Part shown: positions 13,445-27,700 of the stretch, piece by piece
Layout of the letters: each line of letters starts with the position of its first letter
How positions within the stretch are numbered: the first letter of the stretch is position 1
DNA from: Octopus bimaculoides
Lineage: Eukaryota
Length of the DNA stretch: 64,000 nt
Direction of reading: 5' to 3'
Assembly (NCBI RefSeq): GCF_001194135.2
Contig: NC_069001.1
Span: forward strand, 36,977,754-37,041,753
Notes under the pieces: model-generated
Database searches by the model: none
The model's input: only the letters and a program-made list of their open reading frames with translations
Told to the model about the DNA's origin: nothing
Position numbers and translations under genes: made by a program

Positions 13445-16400
13445 CTCTGGATTGACAAAGAAGAGAAAAATATTAAATGCATCTTGTAAAGTTTATTCAT
13501 TTTTGGAAGCAGAGGTTTCACTCAGTCAGTATTCTGTGTTTAGTGGGAGACTCAGTAACGGAGTGAAATCCCAACCTTCAAATATATGACTATATATCAA
13601 TGTTCTTATTTACTCTTTTATTTTTTTTTTATTCCTTTCTAGGAACCTGTTGAAAACTTGACTGACCACACTCATGTTTTCAACATTGAAACAGATGGTC
13701 AGCTGCATGTTTTGTATGGAGGGACAAAGGTTGTACAGCATTCAGCACCAAGTAAAACAGCAGCTGGGCTAAAATGTACGTATCGTTTCAATAAATTATA
13801 TATTGAGCTTTTATATAAATTAATGTTAGCCTCATTTCAGTGGAGTATGAGGCGTTTTGGCTCAGCCATTTTGGTGCCACCAATTCAATGCTGACTTATT
13901 TGGCATCAGATGTTCTAATTTTTCTCTCATTCTCTATCTTTCCCTCTCCCCGCTTCTCTCTCTCTCATGTGGTCGGCACCATGAAAAGGCATCCATGCCA
14001 GAGCCATGTAAAAAGGCACCTGTGCCAATGTCACATAAAAAGCACCCAGTACATTCTGTAAAGTGGTTAGCATTAATAGAAACCATACCAAAATATACTA
14101 TTGGTGCGTGGTGAAGGCCTCTGGCTTACCAGTTCCTGTCAAGCTGTTAAACCCATGTCAACATGGAAAACAAACTTTAAATGATGATGTATATTTGTGT
14201 AAGTGTTTATGTCAATTGTGTTCAATTGATAAATTGTAACATCTCTCTCTCCCCCTCTTGATCTCAACCTCTCTCTCTCCCTTTCACTCCCTGTCTGTGT
14301 GTGTGTATATTTTTGTGTACATCTATATTTGTGTATGTGTGTGTGTGTGATTACCACCAGTGCCAAAAACTACTGTTGCCCAAATCAGATTGAATGTCCA
14401 GTGAACCATGCTACATCAACATCCAAACAGCCACCCACCCAATTGTCTCATTTTGCATTTCAATTAATTACAAACATAGTTTTTAAATAACTTCATTTAT
14501 TTTTTCTTTCCATTTTTTTCCCCCCAAAATTACAAAGACATATAGGGCTGGTGTCTATGTATATCATGTTACGTAACAGTATGAGAGTTCCAATTATGTC
14601 CTCAAATATAGCTCTCATTGCTTACCCTTGTTTCACTTTACAAAGTAACAGATTTCTCCATGTTCTATTGTTTCAGGTGACAATATGTGCATCGCCTATG
14701 TGCTACACCACAGCTTTAACACCTCTCAGGGTAAACTTCTCCGAACCATCTTATACGGCACCAAGCATTTAACTGCAAATAACTTAGAAACCTTTTTCTT
14801 CATCCTCTTTTTGCTGTTCTTTGCAATCATAGCTGCTGCTTATGTATGGGTTTATGGTAAAAAAAACAATTTAATACATTTCTCTTTTTTCTTTCTTTCT
14901 TTCTTTTTTCTATTTCATGTATTGAGCATGGTTCCAAGTTCAATTCCACCATTTGGCACCTTGGGCAAGTCCATTACTTAACTTTGTAGCCAATTATACT
15001 TTTTTGTGCCCCAAAAATCTAAAGAGAATCAAACATTATTTCTACCAAATAAAATATTTCTCACTTTCTTTCTCTTCTTATCTTTCTCTCTTTCCTTTTC
15101 TGTCTCTCTCATCTTGCCTCTCTTTCATGTTCTTTTATAGGAACAATGGATCCTGATAGAAACAGATACAAGTTATTCTTGGAATGTGCAATAATCTTGA
15201 CTTCGGTCGTTCCACCAGAACTACCAATAGAATTATCTCTTGCAGTCAACACCTCACTGTTGGCTCTTATTAAATTCAGTAAGTTGTTTTATAGTTGTAA
15301 TTTTTAAAAATTTAATTTACTTTTTATATAACTAATGGTAAATATTGATTTCTTAACATAGACAGGCATGGCTACATGGTTAAAATGTTCACTTTGCAAT
15401 CATGGGATTTCAAGTTCTGTCCCACTGTGCAGCACCTTGGGCAATTGGCTTCTAGTATAGTCCTGGGCTGGCTAATGCTTTGTGAGTGGATTTGTCAGTA
15501 GATAAAAACTGTAAAAAGCCTGTTGCATGTGTTTGTGAAAGTGTGTGTCTTCCTTTTGTCTTGAATTCAGTTAACTGAAGGCAAACTCACCTTCATACAA
15601 AGAGTCATTTGTTTGTAATCTTCTATGAAAACATGTCTACACATTGAGCTGTTTGTTGTTCAAGGGATTGGGGGGAAATATTACCTTACTTGGAAACAGG
15701 TGAGGTTTGGCAACAGGAAAAGCTTTTGGCAATTAAAAACCTATTTCAAGTTCTATCTAACTCATGCAAGCATGGAAAAGTGGATATTAAAACGATAATA
15801 CACAAGACATTGTTTTTGTGTATTGGATCTAGTGGATTACCAAACTAGTACTTAACCCTGGAAAGATAAGACAAAGCTGACCTCCATTGGAGTTGAACTC
15901 AGAATGTAACAGGTCGTAAACTAAATACAACATTGCATTTTTTGTCCAACACACCAACAATCCACACCTAAAAAGGCCTTCTCCTCACCCCCCTCTCTCT
16001 CTCTCCCATTACAAACCTCATTATTAAAAATATCTCCAAGAATGTCTTCATGAATTTTATTTCTTGCCTCTTCCCAGATATATATTGTACAGAACCTTTC
16101 CGAATTCCATCTGCTGGGAAACTGGACATCTGCTGTTTCGACAAAACTGGGACACTGACCAGCGATTGTTTAGTTGTTGAAGGAGTGGCTGGACTAAAGT
16201 AAGATTCCTTTTTCTTCTTTTTTTACCTTTTTAATATGATTATTTTCAGAGTTGAAGGCACATGACTCAGTGGTTAGAGCATTGAACTTACGACCATGAG
16301 GTTGTGAGTTCGATTCCCAGATCAGGCTGCGTGTTGTGTTCTTGAGCAAGACACTTTATTTCACATTGCTCCTGTTCACTCAGCTGTAGAAATGAGTTGC

Positions 16401-16668
16401 GATGTCACTGGTGCCAAGCAGTATCTTTTTAAAATGTTCGTATTTAAGTTAAATTCTTCCATCATAATTACATTTCTATTTTCAGTTATGTTTCAAATGC
16501 CTGAATTTAAATTATCCAACTAAATCCTCAAATTCTTGATCATTTTCAAACCTGAGATCCAAGCAGTCATTATGAAATACCAATATTGCATCACTGTTAC
16601 TGTTTAACTGGTTGAAACATGTATTTATCAGTTTCCACTTGAAATCTTTCATTTTCATCTGACCTCAA

Positions 16669-16761
<93 letters not shown>

Positions 16762-19700
16762 TAGATAGATAACTGAAGCATGCATATATACATATATATT
16801 TTTGATTGTCATATTTGTTGCTATAACAACAAAAACTATATGCATGCCCTAACTACACAAATTATTTCAGTCATTGCTTTTCATAATGATGAATTTATCC
16901 GTTTTTTTTATTTTTTATCTCTTTTGCATTGAAGTGGTAAAAAGTTAGTTCCGACTCTTTCATCACCAATAACAACCAACCAGGTTCTGGCTACGTGCCA
17001 CTCTCTGGTTCAAATGGAAGACGAACTTATTGGGGATCCTCTGGAAAAAGCTACTCTCTCTGCCGTTGAGTGGAAATTAACAAGGAGTGAGTTACAGATT
17101 TCTTTATATGACCCCCTAAAACTGTTTGAATCTTTCTTTAGAGCATTTGTAATTAACCCTTTAGCATTCAGTTAACGATGTCAAATGTAATGCTTATTTA
17201 TTCACATTGTTTTGAATCAATCAGACATCATTTCATAGCTTTGAGATTTCATTGATGTGATTCTTTATCTTTAGAATGACATTGTTGGGTAGGTGTGATA
17301 GGCTGGATCTGGGTTGAACATAAAGCAGGTAGAATATATGGGCTGGATGTAGCCAGTTTAAATGCTAAGGGTAAAAGGAAATGTGGGGAATTTTATTCAA
17401 GCTATGTGCAATTATTTGAAAATAACCTACAGATTGATATTACTGCTGTTTAGTTCACATCTGTTGGTTAAGAAGCTCACTTTGAAACCATGTGGTTTTG
17501 GGTTCGGTCCCACTGTGTGGCATCTTGGGCTAGTGTCTTTTACTTCTGCTCCAGATCAACCGATGCCTTGTGAGTGAATTTGGTAGATGAAACTGTGTGG
17601 AAGCCGGCCATGTGTGTGTATTTGCCCCAGTCCCTGACCCCCAGTGTTTGTTTATGCATTTGTAACTTAGCAGCTCAACAAAAGAGACTGATAGAACAAG
17701 TACCGGACTTTAGAAAATAAGTTTTGGGTCAATTTGTTCAACTAACATCCTTCGAGGTATTGCCTCAGGATGACCATTGTCCAGTGAGAGAAACAAGATA
17801 AACCACACACACACAGTGATGAGTGATTTATTATAGCTATAAATGTTGTTCAAATCAGGTATATTAGGACGCATATGATATATGTAAACATGGTGAATCA
17901 TGTCTTTACAGATGATGCTGTAATACCAACGAAAATAAAAACCCATGGATTGAAGATCTTCCAGCGTTTCCATTTCTCCAGTGCACTGAAAAGAATGTCT
18001 GTGATAGCCGGTTACTCTGCCACTGCTGGTGAGACGGAATACATTGCCACTGTCAAAGGAGCACCAGAAACCCTTAAAGCTATGGTAAGTGAATAAGATT
18101 AGTAGTTGAAAATGCATCCAATACACTCCGTAATGTGGTCAGTGAATGAGTGGAGACACCATGGACTCCAGAGAACCCTAGTCTCATCTTAAAAGAATGT
18201 GATATTTGAGGGGTGAGTTATGTTTGCAAGCAGCAGGGGCATCAGAGCATCCAGTATGATGCCTTGTGGTATTTGAGCTGAGCCTTTCTGTTCTCAATTC
18301 AAGTCCTGTCAATATCGACTTTGCTATTCATCCTTTTGAAGTTAATAAAAAAAATGTATATATTAGTCCAGAACACTGGATTGGTGGCATTTTATGTATG
18401 TTGAACCATATGCCTTGAAGTTCTGAGTTCAAACCCAGCCATGGATCTTAAATTTAATTGAGATTTATGTGGCTCTAGGCAGGTTGGTACCAGAAGGATT
18501 ATTCTCCCTGAAAAGGTTCTAGCCCAGGCCCTGCACATGTACAGAGCCTCCTCAGAAGTCTTTTTCTTTTTACATTTTTTTTTTGTAATGACTCAAGTTG
18601 GTGTTTATAATGTTTAATATCACTCAATATTGTATCATGCTATTTTATTTTTATTTTCAGTTTCAAAATCCACCAAAAGACTATGATGAAGTTTATTTGG
18701 CTATGGCTAGAAGAGGAGCTCGAGTTTTGGCTTTGGGCCACAAGACTATTGGGGTTCTGACTCACCAACAGGTATATGTTACCCTTTGTAGTGTTATTCT
18801 TACATTTCTTTGATGTTACAATAATATATATAGCAAAATCGATATATATATATGTATTCATCTGTATGATATTGATGTACTATTGCCATACCTCCATCTT
18901 CGCTAAGGCGGAGGTAATGATGACATCATTGGAATTTCAAAGCTAAGACATAATGCATGTTTAATTCAAAACCATGGGAATAAATAAGCATTGCATTTGA
19001 CCGAGTAATCTGAATGCTAAAGGGTTAAGGGAATAAATATTGTTGCTTTATGTTTCTTGTAGCTTTGTGACTATTGTTTGTTTGTTGTTTCTTTCTTGAA
19101 AAGGTGCGAGAACTGACCCGAGAGGCTGCAGAATGCAATTTAGAGTTTGCTGGATTTGTCATCATTTCCTGCCCACTGAAGACTGACTCTCATGCGGTTA
19201 TCAAAGAAATTCAACAGTCATCTCATCATGTACGTGTTGTCATCATCGTCTTTTATCTTTTACTTGTTTCAGTCATTGAACTACACCTGTGCTGGATTAC
19301 TGCCCTGAAAGGTTCCTTTCTAGTGGAACAAATCTACGTAAAGTCTGGTATTTATTCTATCAGTTTCTTTTGCTGAACTGCTAAGTTACAAGAACATAAA
19401 CAAAACGGTGCTGGTTGTCAAACAATGTGAGGGACGAACAGACACACACACACATACAATGAGCTTCCACACGTTTTCCATCTACCAAATTCACTCTCAA
19501 GGTATTGGACAGCTCAAAGATTTAATGGAAGACACTTGCCTTTTGAACTTGATGGGATCTGGTTCCCTCTGAGTGCCTTTCATCCTTTTGTGGTGGGTTG
19601 ACAGAATTAAGGACCACTCTTGGACAGGAAGTGGAGTGATTAGTGTTAGATAGGATGCTTTATGGTGTTTGTTTGTTTGTTTGTTTTTTGTGTGTTCAAA

Positions 19701-21686
19701 CTTTGCCAGGCCTACATGTTGGGTACACTTAATGTGTCACCCAGTTTAATACCACCACCACCTGGTCCCTGGGTATCTTTACAGGCCTGCTCGCTTGTAA
19801 ATAGTCAGACCAAGCATTCTGTTGAAGGATAACTCTCTCCTGTCTTCTTGCTGGTCTCAGAGACCCTTAAAAAGAGTCATGAGCTCTGCTTTTCCCTGTT
19901 GACTCAGCGATAAAATACAAAAAAGAAGTACCTTGCAGTTTTGAGTTACAGCCTTTACATTCTAAGTTCAAATCCTGCTTAGGTCAACTTTATCCTTCAT
20001 CCATCTTGAACAATCGATAATATAAAGTACCAGTCAAACACTAATGGTCAGTTTAAATGACTTTCTCATTCCCACCAAAATTTCCAGCCTCATACATATA
20101 CACACACATATGCACAATCATCATCATCATGTCCACTCTTCCATGCTAGTATGGGTCAGATGGAATTTATTGAGGCAGATTTTCAATGGCCAATGCTCAC
20201 CTTTCTCCAAGTGAGATAATATTTCCCCATGGCTAGACATATTGTCTTGAGAGTGTGTGGGAGATTGGAAATAAATGACACCACTTGCATGACTGTGACA
20301 CTTGTTTACAACTATTCCTAAACACATTGCCACAGGCGTGTGTGTGTGTGTGTGTGTGTTTATATGTATGAAGGGCTGCTGCTAAGATCCTGGCTTTGGC
20401 TAAGAGAAAATACAGGAGGATTTTATTCAACATATCCCCCTCTCGGGTTTAAAAACTTATTGCAGCAGTCTTTCAGTTTTTCTAAGCCCTGTAAAAGAAC
20501 CAGGCCTTTTGTGATATCCTTAAAGCCAGGAACTTTACAAATCCACTCAAAAGACTTTGATCAATCTGTGGCTGTAAAACACACTTGCCCACTGTGCCAT
20601 GCAGTGGGACTGAACCAGGACCCATGTGGTTGGAAAGCAAACTTCTTAACCACATATCCACATCTGCACTTATCACGCACAGTATGATTTTTCAAACAAC
20701 TAAATACATTGAGCAATTTTTTTTTATTTTCTTTTATGTATTCATAATGAAATATCATCTTCTTTTCCAAAGTTCTCTTTTTCTCTCTGTTGTGTCCATC
20801 TTCTGTAGGTGGTTATGATTACTGGGGACAACCCATTAACAGCTTGCCACGTCGCTCAAGAGTTGAGAATCACTCAAAGTGAACACACACTCGTACTACA
20901 ACCTCCCAACGTTCACTGTAAGTTGTTTTTTGGTTTGGAGGATTTTTCATCTCAAAATGTTTGGGGGGTTTTTTTGTTTGTTTTTTTTTCTGTAGGGATG
21001 GGTGATTAAACTAAATTTACAATTTTTTTTTCAGTAATTGTTTTTAATAACGGGTCATCCCAATTAGGCTAGCAATTACTAATTGAATATAAAGTAATTA
21101 AGAATAGCAATTTTATTATTTTTAAATATATTTGTCTTCATTACATTTCAATCAGTTTGGTCTGATTGTCACAAGGAGTTCTGTTCCTGAATAAATAATG
21201 TATATATATATATATATATGTATATATCATCATCATCATCGTTTAACATCCATTTTCCATGCTGGCATGGGTTGAACGGTTTCACTGAAGTCTGGAGAGA
21301 CAGCGGCTGTACCAGGATCCAATCTGATCTGGCAATGTTTCTACAGCTGGATGCCCTTCCTAACACCAACCATTCCAAGAGTGTAGTGGGTGTTTTTTAC
21401 ATGCCACCAGCACAGGAGCCAGTTCGGATAGTGCTTTTTACGTTCTGCTGGCATGGGGGCCAGTCAGGGGGTACTGGCATCGGCCACATTTGGATGGTGC
21501 TTTTTACATGCCACCGGTACAGGAGCCAGTCAGGCAGACCTGTCATTGGCCACATTCGGATGGTGCTTTTTACATACCACCAGCGCGGGAGCCAGTCAGT
21601 GGGCACTGACCACAGCTACAATATTGGTTTTACTTCTCAAGCATATCATTTCGCACAATGCATCAGGGGTATTCTTAACTGGACTG

Positions 21687-21733
<47 letters not shown>

Positions 21734-24700
21734 TCCCAGACTGGGTTTTAATTGATAACCTTTATTTCTAAATTTAGGGTAATTATGTTACCCACTTGAC
21801 CAGCAGTTCCCTAACTTATATTTGGCATGTAACCATCATCATTGTTAAGCATTCATCTTCGCAAAACTCATTGAAACATTTTAGAAAATCACTTTGTGAT
21901 GTTCAGGAATCACCTAACTTTTACCTTCTCTTTTCTTTTTACTCTTTTACAGCTGATGTATGGCACTGGCAGTCGATTGATGATACTTTGATTTTTAATT
22001 TAGGAATGGAAAACTTGCGGAAACTGATAAAGGAGTATGATTTGTGTATTACTGGTCAGGTAATGTTGTTTCATGTGAGGCCTTGCCTGCTCAGCATTTT
22101 ATGTTGTCAGACCCTTGGGGAAATGTTACTGGAACTATTGACCAGCTAATTATTATGACTGAACTGTTCACCTGCTGGTTATTATTACAGGACTGATGGC
22201 TGTCTCTCAAGTCTGAGAAAGATGGTTCTGCAATTTTTTGCTGAACCACCTGCACAGATGATTTGTTAATATTGATCAAATGTTAAGGCACCTGGCAGAA
22301 TCATTTCAATGCTGGACACAATGCTTAGCGCTGTTTTCGTCCATCTTTATGATCTCAAATTCTGCCAAAGTCGATTTCGACTTTCATCCTTTTGGGGGTC
22401 AATAAAATAAGTATCAACTGAACGCTGGGGTCAGTGGAATTGACTTTACTCCTGCCATTAAATGTAAGTTGGCAAACTGGCAGAACCGTTACCATGCCAG
22501 ACAAAATGCTTAGCAGCATTTCTTCTGAGTTCAAATGCTGCCATAGTCTGCTTTTTCTTTCATCCTTCTGGGGTCAATAAAATAAATCCCAGTTGAGTGC
22601 TGGGGTTGGTGGAATCGAACAACCCCCTACCCCCGAAATTGCTGGCCTTGTGCAAAAATTGGAAACCAGTGTTGATCAAATCTTTGTGCTGTTTCCTTCA
22701 TCATATTGACATTACCTGTACAGGTATACAGTGTGCTGCTCACCAGGTGTCAAAATGATCACAGAACAACATGAGATGAAGTATTTTGCGCAACCAATGC
22801 ACCACCTGGTCCAGTAATCAGACTCATGATCTCGTGATTGTGAGTGGAGCACTCTTACCGCTGGGCCACGTACCCTCACTGGACTATTGACTTATGTATA
22901 TGTAAATATATCCTCATATATAAATATATTTCATTTTATATTTTACTCTCTCTCTCTCTTTCATTTACAGAGTATATCTCATCTCCAAACTTTAGATCCT
23001 ATTCTCATGAAAACCCTACTTCCTAATGTGAAAGTTTTTGCTCGGGTTGCACCGAAACAGAAGGTAAATTATTCATTTCTTACATCAACAAAATGGAACC
23101 AGACATAGAATGGTATGGGGAGTGGTGGAGGATTTTGATTTGGTTGTCATCATCATCATTTAATGTTTGGACAGTTTGACATGAAGCTGGCCAACCAGAG
23201 AGCTGTCCAGACTCCAATTATCTCTTGTGGCATGGTTTCTACAGCTGGATGCCCTTCCTATCACCAGCCACTTTACAGAGTGTACTGGGTGGTTTATACA
23301 TGCTGCCAGCACAGGTGAATTTACACAGCACTGGCACGAGTACATTTTATGAGGAACTGGCACCCATAAAGGGCAAGCATGTATGTATGGGTGACAACAA
23401 TTTTACTTAGCTTGGCACATCTCTTGCATTATTTTGTCAGTTTCCTCCCAGAAGAATATGAAAAACAACATTACCAACCACAGGATATGAACTCAGAATA
23501 TAAAGGGTTAGGGACTCTACAAGAGTGTAGGCTTGGAAGCACTCAACTGTAGAGATACTCTACTGGAGTGTAACATTGAAGTGTAGGCTCATAAAGACAT
23601 TTTGCTGAAGTGTAAGATCAGCATGGCATTCTGTTGGAGTGATCCTGCCATCTCCGTGAATGCTAAAATGAGGGGACATTCGTTTGGAACTATCATATGA
23701 AGCCGAGACAGGGAGACACAAGCATTTTCATACATACCTACCAAATCCACTCACAAAGCTTTGGTTGGCCCAAGGCTATAGTAAAAGACATTTGCCCAAG
23801 GTGCTGCACAGTGGGACTGAACCCATAAACTACATGGGGGGGAAACAAATATCTTTGCCACATACCCATGTCTGCACCTATGATCAAAGAAAAATAATCT
23901 TAATTTGAATAATTCAATATATTATTTTTATTAACTTTATTCTTTTTTTTACCCTTTGAATTTTTTGAATTTTTTTTTTATTTCAGGAATTTGTAATTAC
24001 ACTATTCAAAGATGTTGGTTTTATTACACTCATGTGTGGAGATGGAACAAATGATGTTGGAGCTTTGAAACATGCAGATGTTGGTGAGGAAAATTTCATA
24101 TAATTTCTTGATTTTTTTTTTGATTTTTTTTGATTTTATTTTATTTTATTTTATTTTATTTCCAGATAGCCTCCTAAATCACTTTGTTCATTTCTCAGTT
24201 TTCCTCTCAGTTCATTTGTGCTTCACCATCCATGCACACCAACATTACACATCATGCAGAGACTAAACTGCAAAACATGGTACCCTACAATTTTGTTTTG
24301 GTTTTTTAACTATCTTATTCATTCAATATTTTCTCACTGTAGGTGTGGCACTTGTCGCAAATGGCCCTGAAAGATTTCCAGAAAAATTAGACAAAAAAAG
24401 AAGTAAAAAATCTGAGGTAAGTAACTGTAATTAGTAATTTGGCTGAGATTTATAATTACTGTGAGAAAAATTGCTTCGTCAGATTCATCAACCTTCACCA
24501 AGTACTATGTATTGGATGGACTTAATTGTGTTAGAGCAGTGAAAATACCAGAAGCATGATTAGGTGCAGACATAGCTATGAGTCCCAACCATGTTGTCTT
24601 TGGTTTAGTCGCACTGTTTTGGGCAAGTATCTTCTACTACACATTTGATGACCGAATCCCTGTGGGTGGATTCGGTTGAAGGAAATTGAAAGAAACCCGT

Positions 24701-27700
24701 CGTATATGCATTTACGTCTATGTATGTATATGTGTTTGTGTGTGCGCGCGTGTATGTATTTTAGGTTCCTATGTAATCGCTATTGGTACTGAGGTGGGGG
24801 GGGGTTACATGGAGTTATCTCCCTTCACTTGACTTCCAAAATGCACTCCTAGTATTTATTTATCATATATTAATTAGAATTATAATACTATTAAAGATCT
24901 TTAAAGACCATAAAATGAAACATTCATTACTATTAATAAATAATTAGCAAACAATTCCTATACTACTTGTCTAGCGAGAATGTAATTTCCTTCAGTTCCT
25001 CATATCATACTTTTGAGCATTACTCCCCAGGTACTTAGCAACATCCGTCAGTTCAGTGGTTCCCAACCCTTTTTTTATGCCCTGCACCCATAAAAACTTT
25101 TAATATGTTCTCACACCCCTTAAAGTAATAATATATATAAGAATAAAGGTGCCTGGGGCAATTGCCCTCTTTGACCCACTATAAATCTGGCCCTGCTCGC
25201 ACCCCCTGGAATGGAGGGTATATCAGCCGAAACGTGTTAACAACAAACAAGATGAGGACAAATATCCATCAAATGTAAATAATGTATATTCGTAACAGTT
25301 AGTAGCACAAGATATTCATAATAGTTTAGTACAAGCCATTCATAATAGTAATATAAGAGATATATCTTATGATACCGACTCATATAAAGAGAATTACCTT
25401 TTAACATTGGATTATTCATTTGCTTTAATTGTGTACAGATGGGGTGAGATGGAGGGCACACAGCACAGTCCTGCTTGTATTATTGTTAGTCTGCTATCTT
25501 TTGTCATTAGCTAATTTTGTTCTAATTTTGAATTTCACACAGAACATTAATACAGATGGTACTTCTACTGACCGAGTACAGGTACCACAGACGAGAGGGA
25601 AGTGTACAAGTAGAATTGCCAAACAGAGAGCAATTAATCGGGGAGAAAATCTTGCATACCCTGAGGTAAGTGCAGTGAAATAATTGTTGAACGAGTGTGT
25701 GGTTAACCAGTAGAATCTTTAGCTATGCTCCATCTATTGGTTGAAACTTCAATTATAAATTGATTGATTAGTTATATTCCATCATATCAGATATTGATTA
25801 GAATGATTGAGTTGACTGTGTTCCACCAAACAGTGGAAACAACTGTGATTGATTGATTAACTATGATCTGCTTTATCAACCAAAACATCCACAGTGCTCT
25901 TTCTTACAGCTAGGAACTACATTACACTCCTTTAGTACTTAACGTCCAGTTTGGTGGACAGGATAATTGAGAATTAAATGTCTACTTGATCATGGGGACA
26001 CAGAGTAGACATAAGTTCAACTATAAGGACACTGATATTGAGCTGTTCAATCAAATGCCAATAGCTTGATTTCTGCTACAGGTATCACATTGTATTTCTT
26101 GGTAGAACACTATTCTACATTTCCCCATGGGTCACAAACCTATTAATGCCAGTCGTTTGTGGATAGTTAACATATATCTGGTAATCTTACCAGTCATAGA
26201 CCAGTTGTCCTAGAGGAGAAAGCTCATTGATCTGCTTCACAAAATAGGAACTAACTCCTTAAAAGTTGTGTGTGATGGCAAAGCAAACTTAACCACATAG
26301 AAATTTTTTTTCTTTTACTGATTTTGTATTTACTTGGTCAGCAGGTGAGGTGTGTCTGCTGTCAAGAGTTGTCCCCATAAAATTTACCTGACTTGATGTA
26401 ACTGAAACGTTTGATAGGTGGGGATCATACGGAGATCCTTTCCCAATTTTTGTTAACTCTGTGGCCACTAAAAGGCACTAACATCCATCTAGGTTTTTTT
26501 CTCCTTTAGGATTTTGGGAATATTCAGATGTTTTGGTGGTTCCCCCCCTCCCTAAGTCATTGAGTCATCATGATTAATTTACTGTGCTGATTCTGGTAAA
26601 TGTGTTTTGCTTAATGACAAAAATCTTCTAATCTATTATTTAGAAAAAAATAGCAAACATCTTGAAACAAATGGAAGAAGAAGAAAAAGCTCAGGTTGTT
26701 CGATTAGGGGATGCGAGTATTGCAGCTCCATTTAGCTCCAAAGTGTCTTCTGCTATGTCTGGTAAGTAAATTCTGGTAACTAAACACTGCCAAGTCTTTC
26801 TAGGTTTTTGTGTCTCTTGTTCATTGTTTTGTATCCATTTTAAGTCATTCACACACATGCACACAATGAAAACAAAATATCCAGAAAGTCAGGTATTTAT
26901 TTTAACACTCTCTAATTGTTGAATGCTAAGTTACAATTCCTATTACCAACACCTACAGATTTATATAAGTTTAGATGGAGGCTTGACTGAATGGTTAAGA
27001 AGTTTGCTTCCCAGCCACATGTTTGTAGGTTCAGCTCCACTACATGGCACCTGAGACAAGTGTCTACTACTATAACCCCTAACCAATCAAAGCCTTGTGA
27101 GTGGATTTGATTGATAGAAACTAAAAGAAGTCTGTTGTGTATGTATTTATATGTGTATTTATGTTTCTGTCATGCCATCGCATGATGGTTGTAAATTGAA
27201 CATCACTGTATTACAAACAATATCATTCATTTGCAGTCTTCTGTGAAAAACATGTCTGGCCTCAGGAAGGACATTGGGCCATTGAAAATGTGCCTCAAGA
27301 AACTGACTCATCCAACACATCAGTCAAACTAGGGCTGTGGTAGAAGACACTTGCCCCAAGTGCCATGCTTTGGGATAAAATTCAGAGCTATATACTGGTT
27401 GCAAAACAAACCTTTTTACATAGCCGACAGCCATGTCTGAGCTTTGTCATCGTTCATTCATACAACTGAAATCTCTTTCATCTTTTACTTGTCTCAGTCA
27501 TTGGACTGTGGCCATGCTGCGGCACCACCTTGAAGGATTTAGTCAAACAAATCAACCCCAGTACTTATTTATTTTTAAGTCTGGTACTTATTCCCTCAGT
27601 CTCTTTTGCTGAACTACTAAGTTACAAGGACATAAACCCACCAACACATGTTGCCAAGATCTGGGATGTATACAATGACACGCACGCACAACAGTTTCCA

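Noticed and set aside
16255-16330. tRNA gene
   Set aside because: A- and B-boxes are present, but they run into a SINE core with no acceptor stem; the same holds for the other SINE heads. No true tRNA, rRNA or snRNA was recognised.
16620-16670. Hammerhead-like CAGATGA...GAAAC on the minus strand
   Set aside because: Core mismatch and no convincing stem II.
21380-21620. CRISPR-like repeat-spacer array
   Set aside because: Eukaryotic context, no unique spacers and no cas genes; it is a minisatellite inside a SINE.
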